A stretch of 64,000 nt of DNA from positions 528,584 to 592,583 of the forward strand of contig CP064996.1 in NCBI GenBank assembly GCA_016699995.1, given 5' to 3'. Source of the stretch: a bacterium. GTDB taxonomy: Bacteria; Patescibacteriota; Doudnabacteria; UBA920. The notes beneath the pieces were generated by a model that saw only the letters and a program-made list of their open reading frames with translations, did no database searches and was not told where the DNA came from. Positions 34,832 to 44,909 of this stretch are shown piece after piece. The position numbers and the translations under genes are program-made. Within the stretch, counting starts at the first letter, position 1, and the number at the start of each line of letters is the position of its first letter.

Positions 34832-35803
34832 TTACTGCTGGGTACGGCCCAACATTTCCATAATTTCATTAATAGTCTTTTCGCCTAGTCCGGAAATATT
34901 ATTAATATCATCGTCAGACATTGCAGTCAATGCTTCCATGGTGTTAATGCCGGATTTCTGCAAAGCATTCTTAGCGCGGTTAGACAAAGTAGTATCGTCA
35001 ATCGGAGTGCCGGTTTCTGCCGGTTCTGCCAATTCGCTAGGAACTTCCTGAGGAGCTTCTTCCATAGCTGCTTCTTCTAGCGCTGCCTGGCTCATCATTT
35101 CGAGGCGTTCTGCACCCTCATTGTTGAACAGCATGCTAAAGTGATCTACTAAGATGTGGGAAGCAATGTCGATTGCTTCGCCGCCAGTAATAGTGCCGTC
35201 GGTTTCCATGCGCACAACCAGCTTATCGAAGTTAGTCATGCCGCCAACGCGGACGTTTGATACGTCAAAGTATACGGAACGAACCGGGGTGTAAATTGCG
35301 TCGATCGCCAGCATGCCTGCTTCTAAATTAGCGGCACTTGGTCGAACCTCTACCGGCTCATAACCGCGGCCCTGTTCGACAATCAGTTCCATTTCCAGGT
35401 CAGAATTCTTGTTATCCAAAGTGCAGATGTAAAGATCCTTGTTCACTACTTCTACCTGGTCGGTTTCGCCAATCATGTCTGCGGTAATAACGCCTTCGCC
35501 CTTGGCGGTAAGCTTCAAGCGAACCGGTTCGGTCGAGAAGCTGCGCAAGCGAAGCTGTTTAAGGTTCAGAATAATCTGAATCACATCTTCCTTTACGTTT
35601 GGAATCGCAGAGAACTCGTGGTCAACATATTTAATTTTAACCGCAGTTACTGCTGCACCAGGCATGGAAGACAGCAAGACGCGGCGAAGCGTATTGCCGA
35701 TAGTCACGCCGTAGCCAGGGTAAAGTGGCTCGAGGACTGCTTCGTAAGAGTTGCCACCTAAGTGGGAAATCTTCGCCTGATTTGGTAATGGGATTGGTTG
35801 CAT
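34832..35803 (-). CDS. rpoA: DNA-directed RNA polymerase subunit alpha
   Basis: N-terminal domain GYGVTIGNTLRRVLLSSMPGAAVTAVKI. C-terminal domain with NISGLGEKTINEI helix-hairpin-helix. Confidence 0.9.
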   Translation of the reverse strand: MQPIPLPNQAKISHLGGNSYEAVLEPLYPGYGVTIGNTLRRVLLSSMPGAAVTAVKIKYVDHEFSAIPNVKEDVIQIILNLKQLRLRSFSTEPVRLKLTAKGEGVITADMIGETDQVEVVNKDLYICTLDNKNSDLEMELIVEQGRGYEPVEVRPSAANLEAGMLAIDAIYTPVRSVYFDVSNVRVGGMTNFDKLVVRMETDGTITGGEAIDIASHILVDHFSMLFNNEGAERLEMMSQAALEEAAMEEAPQEVPSELAEPAETGTPIDDTTLSNRAKNALQKSGINTMEALTAMSDDDINNISGLGEKTINEIMEMLGRTQQ

Positions 35804-35927
35804 AAATGCCCCTTAGTTACTGCACGCTTTGGCCAATGATCGTGTGTCTGCGAAAAGTAACTTATTAATGATTGATTGAAGGCCGAGCGATAACGCTCTG
35901 GCAATAAAACTAAATTTAGATACGGCC

Positions 35928-36536
35928 CTAGATTCTGCTGTAGTGTTCGACGATAAGCTGAGTGTCGATGAGGTTGCCGATTTGTTCTGGTGTCGGTGTC
36001 GATAGAACTTTACCGGAAAAATCCGCTGCCTTAAGCTCTACCCAGTCCTGGCTCTTAAAATTCTTCAACACTTCGCGCATAGACTGCATGTACTTAGATT
36101 CTTTCTTGTTAGCGCGAACGGAGATAACATCTCCCGGCTTAGTAGCGTAAGAAGGAATATCAACTTTCTTGCCGTTAACTTCGAAGAAACCATGGTTCAC
36201 CAGCTGGCGAGACTGCGCCCGGGTAGCAGCAAATCCTAAGCGGAATACTACGTTGTCCAAGCGAAGCTCTAAAGCTGCCAGCAAATGATCACCGGTTACA
36301 CCAGCGCCTTTTTGGGCCTTTTCGAAGTAGCGCAAGAACTGGCGTTCGGTTACCCCGTAATTGATCTTAGCCTTCTGCTTTTCGCGCAACTGGGTGCCGT
36401 ATTCAGAAATACGAACGCGGTTTTGGCCGTGCTGGCCAGGTGCGAAGTTGCGCTTCTGCAAGATCTTGGCGTCCTTATCGGTAAAGGCAAACCCTAACCG
36501 ACGGGCTCTTTTAACTTTTGGTCCTGTATATCGCAT
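35928..36536 (-). CDS. rpsD: 30S ribosomal protein S4
   Basis: MRYTGPKVKRARRLG...LRLDNVVFRLGFAATRAQSRQLVNHG (S4 domain). Confidence 0.9.
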   Translation of the reverse strand: MRYTGPKVKRARRLGFAFTDKDAKILQKRNFAPGQHGQNRVRISEYGTQLREKQKAKINYGVTERQFLRYFEKAQKGAGVTGDHLLAALELRLDNVVFRLGFAATRAQSRQLVNHGFFEVNGKKVDIPSYATKPGDVISVRANKKESKYMQSMREVLKNFKSQDWVELKAADFSGKVLSTPTPEQIGNLIDTQLIVEHYSRI

Positions 36537-36537
36537 G

Positions 36538-37053
36538 TTATACCCTTCTCACTTTCTTCGGACGCACGCCGCCATGTGGGGTTGGGGTTCGATCTTTAAT
36601 GGTTAAAACAGTCAAGCCGGCACCGAGCAAAGCGCGAATGGCTTGTTCGCGGCCGCTGCCGATTCCTTTAATAAAAATATCAACTTCCTGCAAGCCGCGG
36701 TCTTTAACGCGGGACAATACATCTTCCATAGTTTTACCGCCGGCGTAAGGAGTAGATTTCTTAGAGCCTTTGAAGCCAGCTTTGCCGGCGCTACCCCAAG
36801 CAATCACGTTGCCGATCGGATCAGTTACAGAAATGATGGTGTTGTTGTAAGTGGAGTTAATAAAGATCTTGCCCTTTGGAACTTTGATCTTGTTCTTCTT
36901 TTTCTTACCGCCCTTGATCTTAGTGGCAATGTCGTCGCCGCTAGATGCTGCATTCAACTCGGCACTGACCTGTTCGGCTGCGCTCATTTCGGTAGCAGGA
37001 GTTTCGGCTACGGGAGTATCTTGTTTAATTGTTGTGTCGTTAGTATCAGACAT
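36538..37053 (-). CDS. rpsK: 30S ribosomal protein S11 (with acidic/Lys-rich N-terminal extension)
   Basis: GKIFINSTYNNTIISVTD...AWGSAGKAGFKGSKKSTPYAG...GIGSGREQAIRAL. Confidence 0.9.
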   Translation of the reverse strand: MSDTNDTTIKQDTPVAETPATEMSAAEQVSAELNAASSGDDIATKIKGGKKKKNKIKVPKGKIFINSTYNNTIISVTDPIGNVIAWGSAGKAGFKGSKKSTPYAGGKTMEDVLSRVKDRGLQEVDIFIKGIGSGREQAIRALLGAGLTVLTIKDRTPTPHGGVRPKKVRRV

Positions 37054-37120
37054 AATAGTTTATATAGTTATGGCTTTTACGAAGTTTAGTGCTTCGTAAT
37101 CGCTATGCGCGAGCTGCGCT

Positions 37121-37510
37121 TTAGGTCTTATCGGATGCTTTCTTACGGCCGCTGCCTGCAGTGCGACGAACGTTGCCGTGTCGGGTGCGGGAATTGGTCT
37201 TGGTGCGCTGTCCGCGAACCGGCAAACTCTTTTTGTGGCGAGTGCCTCGGTAAGAACCGATTTCCTTAAGGCGCTTGATGTTAAGCAGAACTTGCTGCTT
37301 AAGGTTGCCTTCGGTCTTAAAGTTCTTATCGATGTAATCGCGCAGCTTGGTTAAGTCTGCTTCGGACAAATCTTTAGTGCGAATGTCAGGGCTTACGCCT
37401 GTTTCAGACAGTGCTTTCTTTGCTAAGGTCGCCCCTACTCCGTAGATATACTGCAGAGAGGCTTCGATTCTTTTTTCGGTAGGAATATTTACTCCAGCGA
37501 TACGTGCCAT
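37121..37510 (-). CDS. rpsM: 30S ribosomal protein S13
   Basis: [26 protein letters not shown]...[22 protein letters not shown]. Confidence 0.9.
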   Translation of the reverse strand: MARIAGVNIPTEKRIEASLQYIYGVGATLAKKALSETGVSPDIRTKDLSEADLTKLRDYIDKNFKTEGNLKQQVLLNIKRLKEIGSYRGTRHKKSLPVRGQRTKTNSRTRHGNVRRTAGSGRKKASDKT

Positions 37511-37550
37511 ACTTTACAAATTAATTACAATTTAGAGAACAACAAAAACG

Positions 37551-37664
37551 TCAGAGTTAATTAACCCTGGCGTTGCTTGTGCTTTGGTACTTCACAAATA
37601 ACAAAGACTCGACCAAATCTTTTGACGATTTTGCATTTCTTGCAAATTGGTTTTGCGCTTGCGC
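37551..37664 (-). CDS. rpmJ: 50S ribosomal protein L36 (37 aa; below the ORF-track size cutoff)
   Basis: rc of 37551-37664 translates to [37 protein letters not shown], the canonical L36 with a C-x2-C...C-x4-H zinc ribbon. Sits between rpsM and infA as expected. Confidence 0.85.
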
Positions 37665-37822
37665 GTACTTTCATAAAATGTATCCTTGAATTTTTGTTCT
37701 GCTTGCAGAGACAAAAATCAATTTAGGGAAATAACATCGCCTCAAATGGCTTTGTCGGGTTCCCACAGCCTGAGCGAATCGCCGGCCGGTTCCATAAATT
37801 TATTAATAACTACTTATCTTTC

Positions 37823-38050
37823 CTATTTTAGGCGGCGCGTAATGCGTCCCTTAGAAAGATCGTAGGGCGTAACCTCGAGCAACACCTTATCGCCTGGCAG
37901 AACGCGAATGCGATGCAAGCGCATTTTGCCGGATAAGTGGCCGATAATTACTTGACCAGAGTCCAATTGAACGCGAAAAACAGTGTTAGGTAAACTCTCA
38001 ATGACTTTACCCTCGAGTTCTATGGTCTGATTTTGTTCGGAACTTCCCAA
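37823..38050 (-). CDS. infA: translation initiation factor IF-1
   Basis: [47 protein letters not shown] is the canonical IF-1 OB-fold. Confidence 0.9.
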   Translation of the reverse strand: MGSSEQNQTIELEGKVIESLPNTVFRVQLDSGQVIIGHLSGKMRLHRIRVLPGDKVLLEVTPYDLSKGRITRRLK

Positions 38051-38227
38051 ATTCTTGTGTTTCCTTACGGATTAACTAAATAACGAATTTCTCTAATTTT
38101 AACACACATTTTAGGTTTGTCAACTTATTTTCTAAGTTTTTGGCCTATATTGCCTATTTCTTGACAATTTCTCCATTTTATGGTAAAATGCGAATAAAGT
38201 TTAGATCACAATTTTTGAGGAGGAATT

Positions 38228-38842
38228 ATGACAACAGATTTCGATTTAGATAAATATCTTGAGGAAAGCGAAATGGGGCTTAAATCCAATTCGGTCCATA
38301 TCCGAAATTTTATGGACAAGCTCAGGGCTAGCTACGGTACCGGTTATTGGCTCCTGATGGAACGTGAGGAATTTACCGAGAGCGAGCAAAGCTACGGCAA
38401 ACGCCTGGTAAAAATGGCCCTTTACGATATTCGGCGCGGCCTCGAAACCGGCTCGCCCAGGAACGCCAAACTGCAAAATTTCCATGTCATCAGACTCTTC
38501 GGATGCCCGGAGCATGTTCGCGAGGTTCTTAACCTTCGCGGGTTCACCGCGCTATGGGATCACCACGATCGCAGTTACCGCTCGAGTATCTTCAAGTTTC
38601 TGGAAAAGAACGCGACAAAGGCCGATCTTCCACAATTGGAGGAGTTTCACGCGCGGCTCAACCAGATCGACTATGCCGCCAACGAGCGCGTCGACCCGGA
38701 GCTCGAAGGCGAATTCGAAAACGAATTCGACTTTGCTCTATCGTTTGATGACCCGTATGAGCGCAGAACAACCCCCAATGAGCTTTCTGGGTTCGACCAG
38801 CAAGATATGCGTCGCGTGCTGGATGCCATTTCCGGGTATTAG
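38228..38842 (+). CDS. hypothetical protein, 204 aa (GC-rich, ~54%)
   Basis: RBS ggagg 7 nt upstream. No motif recognised. Opposite-strand ORFs inside it are composition artefacts. Confidence 0.45.
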   Translation: MTTDFDLDKYLEESEMGLKSNSVHIRNFMDKLRASYGTGYWLLMEREEFTESEQSYGKRLVKMALYDIRRGLETGSPRNAKLQNFHVIRLFGCPEHVREVLNLRGFTALWDHHDRSYRSSIFKFLEKNATKADLPQLEEFHARLNQIDYAANERVDPELEGEFENEFDFALSFDDPYERRTTPNELSGFDQQDMRRVLDAISGY

Positions 38843-38935
38843 CCCACGGCCCTGCTCAGCTATTTGGGACATTAAGCCGAAATTTCAATTTATCGTATAG
38901 GCGAAAACCACCGGCAATTCGTCGGTGGTTCTTTA

Positions 38936-39625
38936 TTGGAGGGAGCCATGAAGATAAAACCAATCAACGTTGTTTTTGATAGCAACGTCCCCAATTCTCT
39001 GAAGAATGCAACCAGCATGGCTGTTTCTCAGCTCGTCAATCTTGCTGGCCTCACCTATCAGATGTCGATAAATAACTACGGCGTTTGGAGGCAGGAAGAC
39101 TGGCAAGACGAGCAGGGAAATCTGTTGCCATTCCACAGCGTGGATTGGTAAGTAAAGCGCGGCCGAGAAGATAGCCAGCGCAGCAGCCAGCTTGATGCGG
39201 ACACTCTGTTCAGCTGCCTGTATGTCGAGCCTTGGCGTGACTACCAAGACCACTACGACCTGCTTGTAGTCTCGGAGGATATCTACTCCAAGAATACTAA
39301 CTATGTCTTAGGTCTGGGCGCGCCCGGAGTGGGGACTGTGATCTCGGTTAACAGATTTTCGCCATTACCGGAAAAGTCTGCAATCGACATCTGTCAGACG
39401 TTGGTTTTCCACGAAATGGGTCACGCCTTTGGTATTGTCTCCGAAGGTCGCACTCTCAAAGTGGTCGACAGTCTCGGCCGACACTGTACAAGCTTTGGCT
39501 GCTCGATGCAGCAAGGTCTGACGTTTCCTGCCGATTGGCAAGAGATCACTCGGCAACGTTTGCAAGTTAAAGAAATTTACTGCAAGCACTGCCGCGATGA
39601 TCTGCGCCAATGGTTCCGGAATTAG
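38936..39625 (+). pseudogene. amzA: archaemetzincin-like zinc metallopeptidase interrupted by a single in-frame TAA (39149-39151)
   Basis: The 71-aa ORF, the 177-nt gap and the 98-aa ORF are all in the same frame. Downstream part has HEMGHAFG-x16-HCTSFGCSM-x32-CKHC, which is the archaemetzincin signature HExxHxxGx3CxxxxCxM...CxxC. RBS tggaggga upstream of 38936. Confidence 0.6.
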
Positions 39626-39682
39626 CATCGCATTACGCGAAAGCCGCCAACATTACGTTGGCGGCTCTTTTTATTTCTAAAT

Positions 39683-41485
39683 TTATTCTTCAATTTTTAT
39701 ATGAATCTTAGTTCCTAATCTTGGGAAAGATTTTTGCCAGCTTGGAGCTAAAGTGATGTCTGCCCGCTCGATATTTTGATTTGTTAATAAAATATCATTA
39801 GCTTGCTCCTTAGACTTCCCTGCTAGCTGAGCAACCAAATCCTGCTGGTCAATTTTAGCCTTTGCCTGGCTTTCATAATGAATAGACAGCTGCATCAAAC
39901 CAGCGGCGAGATCCAAATTCTTGATCTTATAAACCACCTGGTCCAAATCGGCTTCCTGCAAAGCCTTATCGCTGCCCAGGGTCTGGGTTAAGCGGCCACG
40001 TACCATTTGACGCAAATCATTTTCGTTAAATGCTAAACCAGTAATTTTAATATTGGCGCTGGCTACAAAAGTAGTGCTTTCGGTTCCTTCGGGCTTATCG
40101 GAAGTAAAATTACTAACTTCTACGTTATACGCCCCTTCTACCAACTTGCGGCCGTCAGATAAGCCATTGTTAACTTCCTCCACGGCTTTGCTAATCAGTT
40201 CCTTTTGTGCCCTGTCTAAATCTTCTTTGCTCACCACAGATACAAAGCGGGACGATCCGCCAATAACCTGGGTGACAGTTTTTGCGTACAGTCTCTGAGG
40301 CTGGCTGCCGAATGCCTGATTTGTAATTTCCACGCGTGTACCAGCCGGTAGATTAAAGTCCTCTCCCCCATCTGCGGCAATTATATCTGCTGTGGTTGCG
40401 TTACTGTCCTTGGATGGATTTTCTAAAGCAACAATTCCGTTTTGATCGCTTACGAAATAATATGACTTTGTGCCGACTGTTAATACTGTGGTACTGGTTC
40501 GCAAATTCATAGCGCTGCCAGTTAAGTTATAGATCGCTACGCGACCTTGCGCCTTGCTGCCGACTTCCTTTTTGCCATTTGTTGTAAAAGAATTGGAAGG
40601 AGCTTTAGTTTCATCTACCTTAGTGGCTGGCAAGGTTAGCCGGCTAGCGTCTACTGTCTCTAAATTAGTATCAATCGTTAAGTCTAGATCCCTGGCTACT
40701 GTCTGCGAACGGGCATACACCGTTACATTAGCGCTTGGCAGTACCATCACTACTAATGCCACAACAGCAATTAGAGCCAAAGCTACAAACGCCAAAGAGA
40801 ACTTTTTATACGAACGACGGCGCGGCGCCTTACTGCTCTTGCTGCTTGGTGGCATAAACATATTGTCAGCCTTTGTTCGCAACCCGCCAGTGGTTGGGGT
40901 AAGCCAATCATTATTCTCTAACGGACTTTGTCTAGCTGCGGCAACTTTTGCGCCGCGGTGTTCCAAAATTTTTCCGGCGGCGATGCCTGCTCCTACCATG
41001 GAACTTTTCGCTACTGGCTGGGCAGATCGGGATGCAACGCGCTCTGCTGATTTAGCTGCAACTTTGCGAACAACTTTTTTGGGCTTAGCCGCTGGTCTAA
41101 CTGCAGGGGCGATAAACTCATCTTGCATGTCTGATACAGGAGAAGGATTCACTTCATATCGGGCTTTACCAAATGTCATAACAGATTTAGAACCAGACTG
41201 AGGACGAATGTCGGAAAAGGTTTTGCTGCGAGAAATTTTTGGCAGGTTTTTTAAAGTGAAGCCGGCTTCGCGGGCATAAATCTGACCGGTTTCATCCATG
41301 GTTAAAATAGATACTTTAGAGCCTAAAATATCTGTCTGCTTTTTAAGCAATCGCAAATTTATGCTGTCGGCCAAAACATAAGCATCTTTAGGAATGACCA
41401 AAACCGCATCTTCGCCTTTCAGAGCCTTTACCTTGGCGACGATCCTGGCTACATCATCTTCTAAATTTAAATAAATCGTTTTCAT
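39683..41485 (-). CDS. hypothetical single-pass membrane protein, 600 aa (cytoplasmic N-domain, Ala/Lys-rich linker, TM helix, large extracytoplasmic C-domain)
   Basis: TM FSLAFVALALIAVVALVVMVL near residue 235. No catalytic motif recognised. Confidence 0.45.
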   Translation of the reverse strand: MKTIYLNLEDDVARIVAKVKALKGEDAVLVIPKDAYVLADSINLRLLKKQTDILGSKVSILTMDETGQIYAREAGFTLKNLPKISRSKTFSDIRPQSGSKSVMTFGKARYEVNPSPVSDMQDEFIAPAVRPAAKPKKVVRKVAAKSAERVASRSAQPVAKSSMVGAGIAAGKILEHRGAKVAAARQSPLENNDWLTPTTGGLRTKADNMFMPPSSKSSKAPRRRSYKKFSLAFVALALIAVVALVVMVLPSANVTVYARSQTVARDLDLTIDTNLETVDASRLTLPATKVDETKAPSNSFTTNGKKEVGSKAQGRVAIYNLTGSAMNLRTSTTVLTVGTKSYYFVSDQNGIVALENPSKDSNATTADIIAADGGEDFNLPAGTRVEITNQAFGSQPQRLYAKTVTQVIGGSSRFVSVVSKEDLDRAQKELISKAVEEVNNGLSDGRKLVEGAYNVEVSNFTSDKPEGTESTTFVASANIKITGLAFNENDLRQMVRGRLTQTLGSDKALQEADLDQVVYKIKNLDLAAGLMQLSIHYESQAKAKIDQQDLVAQLAGKSKEQANDILLTNQNIERADITLAPSWQKSFPRLGTKIHIKIEE

Positions 41486-41582
41486 TTCAAGTAGTTTTTC
41501 CTAAGAAATTTGGGTAAAAATAAAAAACCTCTACCGGTATTGTAGGGGTTTTTTGCACGGTGAGCAAACGGGATATTTAGAG

Positions 41583-42749
41583 TTATAAAGAGCCTTTAAA
41601 TTGCTGGCGTTTGGCAAAACTGATCTTTTTACTAGCCTCTACCTGAGGCTGATTGTACGGATCCACCCCACGCATGCAAGAAGCGTATACAGCATAGAGC
41701 TGCCAGAAAGCCATAAACTCGCCGACATCCTTATGGTCAACTGTTTCGAGCATCATATCTACTACCGGAATGTTTTGCAGTTTAGCATCTTCCAGCGTTG
41801 CTTCGCGTTCGAACTGCATAGCGCTTTGCAACGGAATTCCGTCCAATAAATTTAAAGTAGAAGTTTTCAAAGGCACGTTAGACAAAGATTCAGGTATCTT
41901 AGTAACCAGCATATTATCGGAACGCATATCTCCTATGAACCACCCAGCAATATTTTTCTGTCCGCCAAAAAAGCGCTGGTTGGTATGATGCTGAGACTCC
42001 GGTGCCCGGTGGGCGAAATAAGTTTGGCCTTTGCCGTCTTTACCAAAGCTTTCATGACACAGCTGAATAATCAGATTAGAGTATGGAAAAAGTTCTTCGG
42101 AATAAATTGGCAAAAATACATCTGCAATCCCTTGCTGCTCTAGCTGGTACAGAATACTAGCGGCTTCGTAAGCGGGATTATTGGACTGAAATTGCTGCAA
42201 ATATTTTTGACCGGCGTCATAAATTTCTTTTGCGTTTATCCCAGCTAGTGCAATTGGCAACAAACCAACCTCGCTAAAACCGCTAAACCGTCCGCCGATT
42301 GGCGGATGAATAACCTGGGTTGAGTTTAGCTTGGCTGCAATTTCCGATAGAGGACCCGCAACACCGGTGACGATCAACATCGGATAATCTATAAACTGCA
42401 TCAGTGCTTCGATCTGCGTGACTGTTTCGCCGGATTTGCTGATCGCAATCACTAGACTATTATCTTTGGATGCAAAACTCTTTATAGCGGCAATGTAGTC
42501 CGGGTCGATGGTGGAAACAAAATGCATCTGCGTGCGTGCGGATGAACGCAGCGCGGAGTAAATCCCCACACTGGAAGTAATGCTCCCACCGTGACCTACG
42601 ACGATCACATGTTCTTTGTCCTCAAACTGCTTTGTTAAACGGTCCATCAAGGCAAAATCCGGCCGGTAATCTATAAAGTTCGGCTTATCTTTGATCAGCG
42701 CTGCATCAAACGCGGCAGGCTGAGGCGTATTGTAAAAGTTTATTTTCAT
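41583..42749 (-). CDS. pgi: glucose-6-phosphate isomerase, short form (388 aa)
   Basis: VVGHGGSITS, SKSGETVTQ and PIGGRFSGFSEVGLLPIALAG (PGI signatures 1 and 2). Confidence 0.8.
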   Translation of the reverse strand: MKINFYNTPQPAAFDAALIKDKPNFIDYRPDFALMDRLTKQFEDKEHVIVVGHGGSITSSVGIYSALRSSARTQMHFVSTIDPDYIAAIKSFASKDNSLVIAISKSGETVTQIEALMQFIDYPMLIVTGVAGPLSEIAAKLNSTQVIHPPIGGRFSGFSEVGLLPIALAGINAKEIYDAGQKYLQQFQSNNPAYEAASILYQLEQQGIADVFLPIYSEELFPYSNLIIQLCHESFGKDGKGQTYFAHRAPESQHHTNQRFFGGQKNIAGWFIGDMRSDNMLVTKIPESLSNVPLKTSTLNLLDGIPLQSAMQFEREATLEDAKLQNIPVVDMMLETVDHKDVGEFMAFWQLYAVYASCMRGVDPYNQPQVEASKKISFAKRQQFKGSL

Positions 42750-42844
42750 TTTTGTTTCGTCTTAACCGCTTAGCGATCATTTAGAGTTTTTACCGCAAGT
42801 AAAATTCTAATCTTATTTTATCAGGATCATCAAACCAAAGAAAA

Positions 42845-44626
42845 CTATTCAATCACAGCCTTAATGCGGCGCACTCCTGCAGAAACAGCTTCTTCTTTGG
42901 TAATTTTGAATTTGCCTACTAAGCCAGTATGCTCAACGTGCGGTCCTCCGCAGAATTCGCGAGAGATCACATTGCCGTCTTTATCTGTTGCAGTATAAAT
43001 AGATACAGTGTCGGCATACTTTTCTCCGAACAAGCCAATCGCACCAAGTTCGCGGGCTTTATCTAACGGCATCATTTCCTGTTCCATTTTGGCATCCATC
43101 ACAATCCACTTATTCACTAGCTCTTCGACCTGGGCAATCTGTTCCGGAGTCATCTTTTGCGGGTAAGTAAAATCAAAACGGGTACGTTCGGCGGTAATAT
43201 TACTCCCTTTTTGCCATACGTCATTGCCTAATACATCGCGCAAAGCTTTATGCATTAAGTGAGTAGCTGTGTGCAAGCGCACAACTTTTTCGCTATGATC
43301 CGCCAGACCTCCTTTAAATGTGCCGGCGCTGGCAGTACGGGACAAGTCCTGATGAGCCTTAAAGCCTGCTTCGAATTCTTCTTTATCTACTTCCTGTCCT
43401 GCAGCCTGGGCTAATTCTTCGGTTAACTCCAAAGGGAAACCGTAAGTTTGGTACAAGTTAAATGCGTCGGTACCGCTCAACGAGCCTTGCTTTTCGAACA
43501 GCTTGGCAAATTCCTTTAAACCTTTCTCCAAAGTCTTTTCGAACTTTTGCTGTTCGCCTTGCAGGCTTGCAAAAATCTTTTCGGAGTTAGCAATCAATTC
43601 CGGATAAGCATCGCCATATTCTTCCATTACCTTTCCAATCAGCGCTTTCATCCAGTGTTCGTTCAAATTCAAACGGCGGGCATAAACCATAGCTCGGCGC
43701 AGCAGGCGGCGCAAAATATAGCCGCGTTCTTTATTAGATGGCTCTACTCCATCGCCGCTAATAAATACCGAAGCGCGGATATGGTCTACAATAATTCGCG
43801 CTTGGCGAACCTCGTCGCCGGACAAAATTGCCTGGCTCTTGCCGATAACTTCGAACATCCCTGTGAAAAATTCAGAATCATATACAGACTTATGTCCGTT
43901 AAGAACCGCAATCACACGGTCTAAGCCCATACCAGTGTCTACATTCTGCTTTTCTAAAGGAACCAGGCTGCCATCAGCTTTCTTTTCGAACTGCATGAAC
44001 ACATCGTTCCAGATTTCTACCCAGCGCGGGTCGCTGGCTGTGTCCTGAAAATTTTCGGGCGCAGGAGTACCGTCATCTATCCAATAAAACATTTCTGTAT
44101 CCGGGCCGCATGGGCCAGTGGTGCCGGCAATCCACCAATTATCCTCTTTGCCAAGCTTAGCGATGCGCGATTCGGGTACGCCTAAGCGCTTCCAATGTTC
44201 GTAGCTTTCTTCATCAAATGGCGCATCGTCATCTCCGGCAAAAACTGAAAATGCTAAACGATCCAAAGGAATATTCAGCCATTTTTCTGATGTTAAAAAT
44301 TCGTAACTCCATTCGATTGCTTCCTTTTTAAAATAATCGCCGAAGCTCCAGTTGCCCATCATTTCGAAAAAAGTAAGGTGAGTATTATCGCCTACGTCAT
44401 CAATGTCGATGGTGCGAATACATTTTTGAACATTGGCAACGCGGGTGCCGCCCGGATGTTCCTGGCCCATCAGATATGGAACCAAAGGAAACATTCCGGC
44501 CATGGTAAACAATACGGACGGATCGTTTTCCGGCACCAAGGATGCGGACGGGATAATAGTATGATTCTTTTCTTTAAAAAATTCGAGCCACTTGCTGCGT
44601 AGCTCATTTGCTGTGATTCTAGACAT
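42845..44626 (-). CDS. alaS: alanyl-tRNA synthetase (catalytic + tRNA-recognition + editing domains; no C-Ala domain), 593 aa
   Basis: Motif 2 GPCGPDTEMFYW. Motif 3 DTGMGLDRVIAVL. Editing-domain HTATHLMHKALRDVLG (HxxxH) and CGGPHVEHTG. Confidence 0.9.
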   Translation of the reverse strand: MSRITANELRSKWLEFFKEKNHTIIPSASLVPENDPSVLFTMAGMFPLVPYLMGQEHPGGTRVANVQKCIRTIDIDDVGDNTHLTFFEMMGNWSFGDYFKKEAIEWSYEFLTSEKWLNIPLDRLAFSVFAGDDDAPFDEESYEHWKRLGVPESRIAKLGKEDNWWIAGTTGPCGPDTEMFYWIDDGTPAPENFQDTASDPRWVEIWNDVFMQFEKKADGSLVPLEKQNVDTGMGLDRVIAVLNGHKSVYDSEFFTGMFEVIGKSQAILSGDEVRQARIIVDHIRASVFISGDGVEPSNKERGYILRRLLRRAMVYARRLNLNEHWMKALIGKVMEEYGDAYPELIANSEKIFASLQGEQQKFEKTLEKGLKEFAKLFEKQGSLSGTDAFNLYQTYGFPLELTEELAQAAGQEVDKEEFEAGFKAHQDLSRTASAGTFKGGLADHSEKVVRLHTATHLMHKALRDVLGNDVWQKGSNITAERTRFDFTYPQKMTPEQIAQVEELVNKWIVMDAKMEQEMMPLDKARELGAIGLFGEKYADTVSIYTATDKDGNVISREFCGGPHVEHTGLVGKFKITKEEAVSAGVRRIKAVIE

Positions 44627-44723
44627 AATAGTAAATTTACTTTATAATTCTAGCGAAATTTGCAGATTACCGCAAAGGCTTCCCAAGCAGGCGAAGACCA
44701 TTGAATACCATGAAGGAGGGCGT

Positions 44724-44897
44724 ATGGAACAGCTGTTCTATGATACAGCCTATTATTTTCCCAGCCTGTTGGGTATATTCCTAATCTTGCTAACTATCGG
44801 ATCAGTATTTTTGATCATATATCTTGGCATCGGCGTAATGAATATTCCCGACATCATTCGTATAAGACGATCTAGAAAATCAAAACGGCCTCATTGA
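44724..44897 (+). CDS. small hydrophobic protein (57 aa) with basic C-terminal tail
   Basis: ATG at 44724 preceded by gaaggaggg. MEQLFYDTAYYFPSLLGIFLILLTIGSVFLIIYLGIG... single TM. The track ORF 44592..44897 starts further upstream without an RBS. Confidence 0.3.
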   Translation: MEQLFYDTAYYFPSLLGIFLILLTIGSVFLIIYLGIGVMNIPDIIRIRRSRKSKRPH

Positions 44898-44909
44898 GGC
44901 CGTTTTATT

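Noticed and set aside
36570-36600. tRNA-like T-arm string ggggttcgatc
   Set aside because: It lies inside the rpsK coding sequence (…HGGVRPKKVRRV). No acceptor or anticodon stems can be built around it. I found no tRNA, rRNA or CRISPR repeat array anywhere in the window.
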